Source: Eledone cirrhosa
Taxonomy: Eukaryota
Direction of reading: 5' to 3'
DNA: 64,000 nucleotides
NCBI GenBank assembly: GCA_964016885.1
Contig: OZ024741.1
Coordinates: forward strand, 199,826,001-199,890,000
Shown here: in pieces, positions 36,101 through 48,785 of the stretch
How positions within the stretch are numbered: position 1 is the first letter of the stretch
How the letters are laid out: every line of letters starts with the position of its first letter
Notes under the pieces: model-generated
What the model was told of the DNA's origin: nothing
Databases searched by the model: none
Seen by the model: the letters and a program-made list of their open reading frames with translations, nothing else
Translations under genes and position numbers: made by a program

Positions 36101-37403
36101 CAGGGTGTGGACGATATTTGTTCACAATTTTCAACTGCTAATTTTATGCAAATTTTTTTTACTTCCGTTGTCACTCTTGTCTTCATAAAAACAGTGACTA
36201 TATTCCCATTATTTATTTTCAGAATAATTTATTATGAATAATTTTGAACCTCCAAATTTGTGGAAGAGACACAGAGTTCTTCTTGGAATCCGCACCAGGA
36301 GGACAAATAAGGAAATTTCAGACTTTCTCAGCATCAGCAGAAGAATGGTGGAAAAGGTCAGAAAGAAATTGGAAGATTCAGGATTCGACTACGAAGCAAC
36401 ATCACAGAGGAAAACACATGATCGACGATCTGACGCCTACAGAATGCTTGAGTTCGTCGCTGAAGTTCAGGATATCATCAACAATGAACCTAGCAAGTCG
36501 ATGCATGTCATTGCAAGGGAGAAAGGCGTGGATGAAAAGCTCATTAGGCTGGTGGTACATGAAGACATTCGCTACGTTTCATACAAGATGAGGAAAGGAC
36601 AATTTCTGTAAAAGGCGATGCAAGAAAAGCGACTGAAGCACGCAAAGAAGCTGATCAACAAGTTGAAACACCCACTGGAGCCAGACATGCTGTGGTTTTT
36701 CTCCGACGAGAAAAACTTCTGCCAAGACCAGAAGATCAACTCCCAGAACAACAGGTGGCTCGCTGTCTCATCCAAAGACGTGCCCAGAGTCATGCAGACA
36801 GTTTCCAGCGACAACATTGGTATTAGGTGTCGTCAGCAGTCAAGGTGATGTCATACCACCTCACTTCTTCCCGGAGGGCCTCAAACTGAACACCGATGGC
36901 TACATCCGCGTTCTGAGTGAGGTAGTAAATCCCTGGATCAACCAGGTAGCTGCAAGTAGGTCGTATGTGTGCCAGCAAGACTCAGACCCTGCCATACCAG
37001 CCGAAAGACCCAAGCCTGGCAGTCAGAGAACTTCGTCGACCACACTTCACCTGACATCTGGCCTCCCACCTCGCCTGACTGCAACCCCCTCCACTTCTTT
37101 GTGTGGGGTGCAGTGGAACGAGACACCAACAGATCTAGCTGCAATACAAAAGACAATCTGAAGGCCAGGATCACAAGTGCCTTTAGGGCCTAAGTCGGGG
37201 GACAGTGACGAAGGCTTGTAGCTGGTTCCGAGGCCACCTTGAGGCCGCCATCAAAGCCAATGGCGGGTTTATTGAGTGAGATCGAAAGAACAAGTCATGA
37301 AGACAAACTGACCCAAGTTTGATAAATATATCTTAAAAAATAAAACTACTGTGTTATTTTTTCCTAGACAGTAATTTTGCGAACAAATATCGTCTGCACC
37401 CTG
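36101..37403 (+). mobile_element. Tc1/mariner-superfamily DD37D (maT-type) transposon, full length, transposase pseudogenised
   Basis: TIRs cagggtgtggacgatatttgttcac / gcgaacaaatatcgtctgcaccctg with TA duplication. FFSDEKNF, QQDS, WPPTSPDCNPL(H); 37-residue spacing after frameshift repair; internal stops and frameshifts. Confidence 0.93.
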
Positions 37404-37944
37404 TAATAGAATAAATACGGTTTTATAAATATAGTTTCCAAATATTTAATATCATTGAATATTTACCCCAGAAAACTGTCAAGTGCTCTGAATCAGTTAT
37501 AAACATTTATATTTGTTGAATTACCAACAAATTGAATATCCCTTCTGCTTACACACACACACACATATATATATATATATCCCATATACACACATATATA
37601 TTTTATACATACATACACACACACACATATATACATACACACACATACATATACATACATATACACATACACACATATATATATTCTCCACACATTTTAT
37701 ATACACATACATCATCATCATCATCATCAACGTTTAACGTCCGTGTTCCACGCTTGCATGGGTTTGGACGGGGGTTTTCCCACTTGAGGCAAGAGTGATT
37801 GTCTTGCTCGCATAGGACTATCTGGCGGGTTTTCTACAGCTGGATGCCCTTCCTAACACCAACCACATTTACAGTGTGGGGCTGGGAGGTTTTTACCGTG
37901 TTGCCTACACGGCCACATTACAGCGTGGAATATACACATATATA

Positions 37945-39330
37945 TTCCATATAAACACATTTTATACCACGACTTAGGAGTTGAAGCTGTTGACTTCTGG
38001 ATTACAAAACATCCAGACTACATTTCAGAGAGATTTCCCAAAAAATTTATTTTGGAAGGACTCGTACTGGAGAATTTATTTTGGAAGGAACTAGTACTGG
38101 AGAACAACTACTTCCTTTTTGATAACAAACTATATTTACAAATAAAAAGAACGGCAATGGGGACCAAAGTGGCCCCAACATATGCAACACTCGTTATGGG
38201 CCACCTGGAGGCAAAATTACATTCCAAACTGCAGGAAACATTCAGTTGTGACTTCGCCACTACATTAATCACAACTGGAAATGCTACCTAGATGACTGCT
38301 TCATCTTCTGGAATAGAAGCCAAGAAGACCTTCAAAGATTCCATTCCATAATAAACAATCTTCACAAAGAAATAAAATTTACCATGGAATGTAATAAAAA
38401 GGAACTACCGTTTCTGGATATCCTTATCATTAAGGAAGGGGAAAATATCAAAACGGACTTGTTTTACAAACCAACAGACACACACCAATACTTGAATTTC
38501 CGCTCAGCACAACCATCACATACCAAAAGGAACATTCCTTCTAACATGGCAAGACGCATCTGCACCATAGTGACACACCACACACTACAGGAAAAAAGAT
38601 TATATGAATTAAAAGAGTTCATTAAGAGACAAGAATATCAGGTGAACCCCATCAACACAGCCATCTCCAAAGCCCAGAACATCCCAGTGACAACACTGAG
38701 AAAAACAAAGCAACAAAATAGAATGGAAAAAACAGTTATCCCTTTTGTCATCACTCACAATCCAAGGAACTTCAACATTGTAAAAGCCGCCAAACAATAT
38801 CTCCCGATTCTCCAGCAGTCCCCCAAAATGAATGCACTTATAAAAGATGCACAAATTATATATAGTAGACGCCAAGCACCCAACCTAAAGAAACTGCTTA
38901 CCAAGTCAAAATTTACGTCTAATAATGAAACAATGCAAGTTAAGAAATGTGGGGACCCTCGATGCAGAACTTGTAACTCATTGAAGAGGGTGGATAAATC
39001 TCCTTTAAAAACAACCAGTCTTTCACAGTTAATGCAAACATGAATTGCAAAACAAAAAACTTGATTTACTGTGCAACCTGCCCACAATGTAAAGAATACT
39101 ACATTGGTGAAACCGGAATGGGTCTACATGACAGAGTTTGAGTACATAAACAACAAATTAGAGACCCCTCTGTCAGAAACACCACATGCAGTGAACACTT
39201 CGCAACATGCGGAAAGGGAAATTTCACAATTTTCCCCTTCTTTAAGATATGGTCGGACAACGAACACTTCCGAAAATATAAAGAAGAATTCTTTATTAGA
39301 AAATACAAACCATTACTGAACACAAAAAGT
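37945..39330 (+). mobile_element. Penelope-like element (RT plus GIY-YIG endonuclease), 5'-truncated and frameshifted
   Basis: TAMGTKVAPTYATLVMG, YLDDCF, LPFLDI, YKPTDTHQYL, KCGDPRCRTC, LIYCATCPQCKEYYIGETG. Confidence 0.92.
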
Positions 39331-39929
39331 GATATTCCATTTTCAAGCAACGGGATTCTCCCCCTCTTTTTTCTTTAAAAAAATCTCACATTGAAAAAGA
39401 AAAATAGTTGATGACACCCGTACTCTCAAACATTCGATCACTGAAGAGAAGAAAAACCCTCAGAGGTACATTTCATTAATTTCCCCTTCCCCACACCAAT
39501 GTATATATGAACTTAAACACTTAAGTGGATGTGTGTATAGATATATGTATGTATAGATGTGTTTTTTTTATATATGTGCCTGTAGGTATACAGATATATG
39601 TGTACATGTTTATGTGTATGTGTGCATATGTGTGTGTGTATATTTATATATGTGTGTATGTATGCACGTGCGTATGTGTGAGATAGATATGTGTGTATAT
39701 ATATGTATGTGTGTGTATATATGTATGTGTGGATATGTGTATAATATATTTATATGTATATATATGTAGTATATATATGTATATGTAAACAAATATATAT
39801 ATGTAGGAGGTATTAAATGTGTTTATATGGAATATAATAGATACCAATACAAGCAATGATACCATTAATGATAGTAACAAAAATAATAGGAATAACATAA
39901 ATAGTAATCTTAGATTACATAACACATCC

Positions 39930-40570
39930 CAAACAAGTAGGTGCAATTGTAGAATTAAAGCTAACTGCCCCCTTAATGGCAATTGCTTAATTCGCAGTAT
40001 AGTATGTAAATGTAAAGTAATTACTAAGGACAATACTAATTCATTTAACCCTTTAATGTTCAAACCGGCCAAAGCCGGCCAGAATTCTCTACCTCTTTCT
40101 GTTGAAACTGGCTGTAACTGGCCACTCATACTGATGTTAAGGTATTGTTCTCAAAATAAATACTTTCAAAATCTCATAGATTGGATATTATGTGAGATAA
40201 TTATGCGAGGTAAAGCCTTTACTGTGAACATATAATAGTATATATAGAGTAATGTGAATGCTAAAGGGTTAAGAAAAAGTTCTATTCACATACCCATTTA
40301 AAAAAAAATACTAAATTAGCTAACACCACCTCACTAGCTGAAACTATTAACAATTTTAAAATGAAAAATATAGCATACAACCTAAAATGGAGTGTCCTGA
40401 AGAGAACTAACTCATATCAAGGTGAAAGAAGGGAGTGCCAATTATGTTCTCAGGAACTGTTCCAAATCGTGAAATCTAAGGATTGGATACTAAATAAAAA
40501 GCAGAAATTAATTATTTCATGTAATCATATAATCCTGAAAACTTTTAAATACTATAAACCTACCTAATAC
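39930..40570 (+). mobile_element. Second Penelope-like element, C-terminal fragment split by a MITE
   Basis: CNCRIKANCPLNGNCL..SIV ... YNLKWSVLKR...CQLCSQE: cysteine pattern typical of PLE endonuclease regions. Confidence 0.65.
40049..40268. mobile_element. piggyBac-type MITE, 220 bp, TTAA duplication
   Basis: ttaa|ccctttaatgttca ... tgaatgctaaaggg|ttaa. Confidence 0.82.
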
Positions 40571-41724
40571 TTGAAATCACTATGGTCATAACTAGTTTCT
40601 TCAACCAAGTGAGACATAACTAGAAATAATGTATTCTTACCGAAATAATCTACCTATAAAATAAATGAATGTTGGTAATTAATTAAATCAGCATTAATCG
40701 GATCCTTCAAAAGCGGATATGGCATTTCCTTATTTTAATAATACTATTGACTCCTAAACTAATCAAAATAACTTACAATCTAACTAATCAAATTGATTTA
40801 ATGAAAATCATATTCTTCTATCTAAACCATAATAAATATTCAAAAGCAATATTAGAATTTAGATACAACTTAAATTACCATGTATTAATATCACCTAACA
40901 TGAGATAATTTTAGCCTTGGAAATGTTTATATCACTCAATATTTTCTCATATTGGAATTACGAATTAACCCAAACAACCTATATAATTAGCTCAAACTTT
41001 ATTACCTATCCTAAATCAGCATTAGATTTGAAAAATTAATTTTTTTTCTTACTATATATGTATTTATGTATACACATATAACCTTGATTAAGAAACAAGG
41101 CATGCCTTCCAAATTGGGTTTTTATCAAATATTACTAATTTATTGAATATTATATTATTAAATATTACTTTCTCAAGTTAGCAATACAGTAACTTATAAA
41201 TTAATAGACTTGTATAATAACCAAGTAATTTCCCTATATCTAAATTAAAACACCCATATAAAAACAAGTTTATTTATTATCAACCGAATGCTTAACATCC
41301 CTCAATTAAGACATCTTTTCTCAGATTTATTACCCCTAGCACAAGAGACTCACAACATTTATGATCTGTTCATCTCCCTGCTGATGCTGCTTTATCCACT
41401 TACACCTCAAATGATAGTGGGGATAAGGTAAGTAGAAGTGGTGGGTGGGAGGAGGGAAGAAAAGAAGCAGTAAGAGGAAAGGAAGAGCGGGGAGGGAGAG
41501 AAAGCATGAAAGAAAGGGGAATAAAAGATGAGGGAAGAAATAGCCAACAAACCTCAGTCATGGTATTCATCCCAAATAAAAAGCTACAATAGCTGTGATA
41601 AAATATAAACAAAGTTTATCTCGAATATAGAGCCTGAAACAGGATTGTATTAGAATCCGTAGGATAATGGGAAAAACTCAATGCAAGGAAGCTGTTAAAA
41701 CAGCAAAATGCTGTCAATTACATT

Positions 41725-42155
41725 GTCGGGTTCTAACTCTAGCTACTAAACTTTCAGAGCATCCTCCTCCACTGCTGAGTTTGTCACCCAGGTAGTGGAA
41801 GGTGTCTACTATTTCTATAGAACCATCTGGGCAGTTGAAGGAGATATCATCCAGTGGGTCCTTGCTACTTACTGCACCTGAGCATCGGCAACATATAAAA
41901 TCTACATTTTTAGATAGCTTACCTCTGATCCCACTACGTTTTTTATGTACCCATAGTTTGCATTTGGAACATAGAATGTAGTTTCTGCCTATTCTCTTCT
42001 TACATACTGAGCATGGCCATTTCCCAGAGGGTACCTGTGCCCTATCCTCCTTTCTACATACTAGAACCTTAGTCTTAGATAAGTTGACTCTAAGGTCTTT
42101 TGATTCAAGGCCATGCTTCCATGTTTGGAACTTCCTCTTTAGTTCAGCCATGGAT
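41725..42155 (-). mobile_element. RTE LINE fragment covering the PHD-like finger
   Basis: LRVNLSKTKV, WPCSVCKK..CSKCKLWVHK...CCRC, FHYLGD. Confidence 0.88.
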
Positions 42156-42159
42156 TCAG

Positions 42160-42200
<41 letters not shown>

Positions 42201-42249
42201 TATATATATATATGTGTGTGTGTATATTTATATAGATATATATAATCCT

Positions 42250-43050
42250 ACCCACACCAAACTCTCCTCTACTCCAAATTCCTTGGTCTTCGTTGGCTTT
42301 GTATCTAGGACCATGATTTCGAGACCCAATCCCAACACATGGCATTCTGCTTCATGCATTGTGGATATGGATATCGCCCCACCCTGATCCAAGCTTCCCT
42401 CACCTGTGCCTGTGATACTGACCATATCACAGCCCTCTCACCCCATCACTGCCCCCCATCTCTCGCTACCTTTCCTTCTCACTCTACCTCTCCAGCAACA
42501 TATCATCCTTTGGTTCGATATCCACTCTTCTGACCCCGTCACTTCTCACTTCTTTCCAAACCAACCCATCACTACCTTCAAGAGCGCCAGTAATCTCTGC
42601 GACCTCCTGGTATATAGTTCCTTCCCTTCCTCTCCTAGACTCCACCTGGCTCCTGCCCCTGTTCTTATCCCCACTGTAACACCTATCTCTTCATTTCTAA
42701 CCTCACCATTCTCACAGGAACTAATGGCTCATTCCGTATCCACCACTCCTTCACCTGCACATCCACTCATGTAGTCTATGCCCTCCGGTGTTCTCTTTGT
42801 GGGTCCATATATATATCGATCAAACAGGCAGTTGTCTGGCAGACCATTTTGCCGAACACTTGAGGGACTTGGCATGGATACCTCCATCGTTCGCCATTTC
42901 TGTTCCTCGTGCCAATCTTTCCTACATGTCATAGTTATTGGTCTCCTTTTACATCACAGATCACAAGCCATGAACACCAGGACTTGATCAGAGTCTGATT
43001 TTCCACCATGGATCCAGTTTCCCTAATGGACTCAACTCTCCTAATGGACT
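42250..43050 (+). mobile_element. Old Penelope-like C-terminal fragment
   Basis: Frameshifted PC..PHC, FTCTSTHVVY, CSLCGSIYI(D)QTG...RFAEH remnants of a GIY-YIG domain. Confidence 0.55.
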
Positions 43051-43304
43051 TACTTCTCTAACCACTGTCCCACGCAAGCATGTACTTTCACCCCCTAGGT
43101 TCCTGTGGCTCTGTTATGATCAGAAACACACACACACTCTCTCTCTCTTATACTTACATATACACACACACCCTCTTAGCTTCATACGGATGAATAACAA
43201 ACACACACATACAGCTTTATATAAAAACATCTTTTTCCTCTTTTAAGCAAAACACGCTTGATCACCATTTTTTAAAACAAGATTATCTTACACAAAATTC
43301 CAGT

Positions 43305-43480
43305 AATAATAATTGTTTCTACGTTAGGTACAAGGCCAGCAATTACCCAGTACATTACTAGTACTTTATTTTATCGACCCCGTAAGGATGAAAGGCAAAG
43401 TCAACCTCGGCGGGATTTGAACTCAGACCATAAAGGGACGTAACTCTGCTGGAAAGCATGGCGTCCGATAGTTCTACCTT
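43305..43480 (-). mobile_element. tRNA-derived SINE (family of 17748-17940)
   Basis: ttatcgaccccgtaaggatgaaaggcaaagtcaacctcggcgggatttgaactcag. Confidence 0.87.
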
Positions 43481-43484
43481 TGAT

Positions 43485-45319
43485 AGTCAGGAACTAGCTG
43501 CTGAAATGGCAAGAGCTCAGCCATCGGGATCGCCACTCTTTATAAAAGGTGGCAGATAACATCCGACAGTTGTTGAGCAAAAGTATGAAGTCCTGGGAAA
43601 CAGAGTTAACATCAGGTGGAGAATCCCTGGGAGGCGTGAAGATCAAGAGAGGTATCTTCCAGGGAGATAGTTTGTCTCCTCTGTTGTTTGTCCTTGCCCT
43701 GATACGCCTGACCGTTATATTGCAAAAAGTGAGAGTAGGATACAAGTTGGGAAAAGGAGAGCTTGCCATCAACCACCTCCTCTTCATGGACGATCTTAAA
43801 CTCTTTGGGAAGAATGAGAAGGAGTTGGATGTACTTGTTAACACTGTCCGTATTTTCAGCAATGATATATGTATGGAATTTGGTATTAATAAGTGTGGAG
43901 TCTTAGTGATGAAGCGGGGTAAATTGAGCAGAAGTAACGGAATCCAGGTACCAACAGGTGAGATGATAAAGGAAATTGACACTGGAGAGGGATACAAATA
44001 TTTAGGTGTTCTGGAGGTAGATGACATCAAGAACAAAAAAATGAAGGAATTGATAAGATCTGAGTACATAAGGAGAGTAAGGAGCGTATTAAAATCACAT
44101 CTAAATAGTAGGAATGTCATAAGTGCAGTGAATTCCAGAGCTGTGTCTATTATTAGGTACAGTGCGGGAATTCTGAAATGGAATGTTGCTGAACAAAAAA
44201 AAATGGATAGGAAGACTAGGAAGCTATTGACTATCTACAACATGTTCCACAAGAGGAGTGATGCCGATAGACTCTACTTAAAGAGATCTGAAGGTGGAAG
44301 AGGTCTTATCAGCATAGAGGACTGTGGTCAGATGGAGAAAAACAACCTGCACAAATATATGACTGACAGTAGGGAGCCAATGCTCAAAATTGTACTGAAG
44401 GAGAAGACAATAGACCAGGGGATGTCCAAGGAGGAAATAACAACAAGGAGGAAGAGCAACCTTCATGAAAAATCCCTTCATAGTACCTTCTTTAAGAAAA
44501 CTGAATTTAGAGATCCACAGACATGGAACTGGTTAAAAAGAGGAGACCTTAAAAAAGCTACAGAAGGAATGTTAATGGCTGCGCAAGAGCAAGCCCTCAA
44601 AACGAAGTGGCTGAAACACCATATTGACAAGGAGGAGGCTAGCTCACTGTGTAGGATCTGTGGAGAGAGAGAGGAGACTGTGTTTACATTGTATCCGAGT
44701 GTAAACACCTATCCCAGACTCACTATAAAGGCTGGAGACATGATGTGATGGGCAGGGTGATCCACTGGCATCTATGCAAAGTAAACAATTTACCACATTC
44801 TGAGAAGTGGTATGAGCATAAGCCAGAGTCGGTGATAGAAAACGATCAGGTGAAGGTGCTATGGGATTTTAGGATACAGACGGACAAGAAATTAGAACAC
44901 AATAGGCCTGACCTGGTGGTTTTGGACAAGGAAAAAATATTGTGCCTGATTGTAGATGTAGCCTGCCCATTTGACACAAGAGTGCAAGAAAAGGAGAGGG
45001 AGAAAATTAACCGATACCAGGACTTAAAGTGGGAGTTAAAAAGGATTTGGAACTGCCATGAAATCAAGGTTATCCCGATTGTCATAGGCGTACTAGGTAC
45101 TATCTCAAAGAGTTTCCAAGGATGGTTAAAGAAGATTAGTCCAGCCCCGCTTTTTGGAACACTTCAAAAGGCATGCTTGCTGAGAACACCAAGAACCCTC
45201 CGATACGTTCTGAATATCTGAGGCTGCAGGTAGCGGCTTGATATTCATTTCAACAAACTTTCCAGTTAAAAAACATCAATGACTGAGCCTCAAAGAACAA
45301 TAATAATAATAATAATAAT
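43485..45319 (+). mobile_element. R4/Dong-like non-LTR retrotransposon (RT plus restriction-like endonuclease), 5'-truncated
   Basis: GIFQGDSLSPLLF, HLLFMDDLKL, YKYLG, GGRGL, CRICG..EETV, WDFRIQTD, NRPDLVV, DVACPFD; (TAA)n tail; few lesions. Confidence 0.92.
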
Positions 45320-47475
45320 CCCCATTGAACAAAAAGGGTGCCGACGAGGTTCATATGGTTGTAAAGATCAACTCTTGATTAATCGTATGATCCTTGAGAA
45401 CTGTCATAATAAACACAGAAATCTCAGTTCTACATGACTACAAAAAAGCTTTTGACAGCATACCGCACTCGTGGATTCTGAAATCACTGGACATCTTCAA
45501 AATGTGACCTGTGATTTCAAACTTCCTGAAACACAATATGTCATTGTGGAACACAATGGAGTACTAAGTTCGAAGAATATTAACATCAACTGTGGCATTT
45601 TCCAAGGTGACTCACTTTCTCCCTTACTTTTTTGCATAGCTTTAATACCTCTTACATCCGAACTTAATAGAACAAGGTACGGTTACAAAATTGAAAACAA
45701 AAAAGTAAGCCACCTATCTTATATGGATGATTTAAAGTAATATTGCAAAGACAATGACGAGCTGGAAGGCATTTTGCAGACAGTAAAAGCATTTAGTGAT
45801 GACATCAGGATGGAGTTTGTACTTGATAAGTGTGCCAAAGCCACTTTCAAGAAGAGGAAGCTTATCAACTCAAACTCAGTTGAATTAGATGCTGAAACAG
45901 TCATAAAAGAACCTGAGCAGGAACAAACCTATAAATACTTAGGGATTAATGAGGGCTCTGGCATTCAGCATGCAAGTATGAAAGAGAGGATAAGGAAGGA
46001 ATGTTACAAATGTTACAGGATAGTATGCGCAGTTCTGAAATCAGAACTAAATGCTCGTAACAAGGTGTTAGCCATACATTCCTTGACAGTTCCAGTTGTC
46101 ACTTATAGCTTCGGTGTGTTGAACTGGAACATGAATGAAATTAAAAGAATCAACACCAAAATCTGTAATAGGATGCACCACCCAAAAGCAGATGGGGATC
46201 GTCTTTATCTTCCTAGAACTCAAGGAGGCCATGGCCAATTTGAACTTACCTACAAGACCACCACTATTGGACTGGCCAAATACCTTGAAACAACAAACGA
46301 CCGTATGCTGAAACTTGTTGAAAAACATGAGAGAAGTAAGAAGCTTCATTCTATCTTGAAGGAGAGCAAAAGATATGCTACTGATCTCATGTTTGATCCC
46401 CAGGCTGGACAGATTGAGGAAACTGTTGCAATTGATGCTGCTAAGCACATAAAATTAATGACAAAAGCAAAAGGGCAAGAGCAATTAACATCAAAGTGGA
46501 AGCAGAAATCTCTGCATGGCAAATATATGGCCTGTAGCAAACAAGCAGATGTTGACCAAAAGCACACCCATCAGTGGCTACGTAGCTCAGGGCTAAAAGC
46601 AGAGGCTTCATCTTAGCTGCCCAAGATCAAAGCTTACTGATACAGAATTACCAGGCCAATGTGATGAGAAATGGAGTAAATTCAAAGTGTTGATTCTGCA
46701 ATGTTGAGGTTGAAATAGTGGACTACATAGATCCTGGATATAAAGTGTTTACCTCAGTAGAGTACAAATATAGACATGACAGAGTTGGCCAATATCTACA
46801 CTGAGTAATATGTTGGCATTATAAAATCAAAGCTGACAAATAGTACAATCATCACCCTGAGGCTGTAACTGAAGGAGAAAAAGTAACAATTCTTTGGGAC
46901 TTTCCTATATATACTGACCAGACCATAAAAGCAAATAGACCAGATATCATTGTAAAAGACCAGCATAGCAAGGTCTGTTTACTGATTGATATGAGCATCC
47001 CATGTGATCACAATATCGCGACAAAAGAATTCGACAAGCTAAGAACATATAAAGATCTGTTTATTGAAATCGAAAAAATGTGGCACCTCAAGGCTGTTAC
47101 AATACCAGTGATTGTGGGAGCACTGGGAATAATCAAGAAAGAAACAGAACAGTATTTGTGAATGATTCCTGGTTTACCCTCTCTGCAAGAGGTGCAAAAA
47201 ATTGTTTTGACTGGTACTGCACACATATTGAGAAGGCAACTATCTCTGTGAGAATGATACCCCCCCCCCCTGTGTGGTTGTGGGTGTGAGTAAAGCACTA
47301 TCTCTGTAAGAATGATATCTCTCTGTAAAAATGATAATCTGTAAATTATATTCAATGTGGTGTATTAACTGGCTTACCAATGTATACAATGAATTTATTT
47401 ACCCTAGGTCTTAGGAAGACACTCGGCATATATCAGAAACAATACTGAAGGAAAAAGAATAATAATAATAATAAT
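45320..47475 (+). mobile_element. Second R4/Dong-like element, different subfamily, more decayed
   Basis: [59 protein letters not shown]; (TAA)n tail. Confidence 0.9.
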
Positions 47476-47587
47476 AAAGAGAATAGGAATAATGTACATA
47501 CATCCAAACGTACACAAACAAACACACACACATATACTCATATAGAAAATTTATTTTCCATGCTAGCGTGGAAGATGGACCTTAAAC

Positions 47588-47630
<43 letters not shown>

Positions 47631-47657
47631 CCTAACCAATCAACTTTAATAATTTAC

Positions 47658-47719
47658 CTTTACATATTCTCCATGGACATTTTCTAATCCTTCTGACTTC
47701 ATATTGTGAAGAATATAGT
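47658..47719 (-). CDS. CPQ: Carboxypeptidase Q coding exon (62 nt, phase 1-0)
   Basis: ttttacag|AC...AAG|gtaaat. (D)YILHNMKSEGLENVHGEYVK, colinear with CPQ ...NLQQDGLEKVHLEPV. Frame continuous with both neighbours. Confidence 0.92.
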
Positions 47720-48653
47720 CTGTAAAACAATGAAATATGAAATTAATCAGATTCCAACAACAAATATATCAACTGACAGTGATTAAACAAAATGGAAACC
47801 TATGTGTAGATACAAAATGTTGTGTAGAGAAGGTGGCACTTTAAATGACACATAAATTGGCCTAATTTTGTCCTGGTCTTTCAAATAGTAACTCCATAAT
47901 TGTGATTAATTATGAACAATAACATATTTCCAACGATTAATTATAATATGCATTTTCATATCACAATACATAGTTACATTGTAGGTGGCATATTAATTAG
48001 TATCAGACTATAAGGCAAGTTCATTTAATCAGTAATCAGCCAATGTGCTTATTGGTGCATCTTTACTCTATGCAGCCACTTAACTTGTTAGAAATAATAG
48101 CTAAATCTCCATCAAATAACACCTTACTATCTCAAATAAAGAAGCACACATAGAGTGATGTTGTTCTTGATATAAAGAATGATGAGATGGTCATGATCAT
48201 AAATCTCCTCACTCATGGCTAACCTGTGGCTAAACAACAACAACTGTGTTGTGGTCTTGGTTTATCATGGGATTACCTTACTTTATTGTACTCAACATGC
48301 TGTAGGACTTCCATTGTTTCCAATGACAAATGCTTCAGTTGATTCAATCAATGGAACTGTCTGCTTGTGAAATTAATATGTGAGTGGCTGAACATTCCAA
48401 AGGCACATGCACTCATAACATAGTTCTCAGGAAGGCTCAGCATGACACAATGTGTGACAAGCTGGGCCTTTGAATTACAGCTGAAATAAGATGCTTTGCT
48501 GAAGGCCACAATATGCAGCTCACTCTGGTTATCAAACTCATGACCTTATAATTATGAGCCAAACACCCTAACCATGTACCTTCACACAGTACTAGACATA
48601 ATTCTTCCAAATTATTGTGCTTAGTCAAACATAAATGAAATAAGGAAACAGAC

Positions 48654-48785
48654 CTATTGAATTCTCAAGGTTTTTAGAACCAGCTACCCTATTTCCAAAC
48701 ATGTCTGTAAATTTGGCCAGCCGATTGTAAGATTGGTTTTGAGCAGCACCATATACAGCATATTGAATGATTTTGTTAGCAACAC
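48654..48785 (-). CDS. CPQ: Carboxypeptidase Q, most 5' securely identified coding exon (phase 1-1)
   Basis: ttcttgtag|GT...ATAG|gtctg. Translates VANKIIQYAVYGAAQNQSYNRLAKFTDMFGNRVAGSKNLENSI, matching the vertebrate CPQ segment VAKAIINLAVYGKAQNRSYERLALLVDTVGPRLSGSKNLEKAI (recalled, not searched). Confidence 0.93.

Noticed and set aside
39430-39475. ctgaaga-gaa-gaaa at the Penelope 3' end as a pLTR hammerhead
   Set aside because: Stem I and the UH site are not recoverable; too degenerate to call.
41370-41670. GAAAc-aggatt..aatcc-gTA as a hammerhead 3' half
   Set aside because: No intact CUGANGA with a matching stem I upstream.
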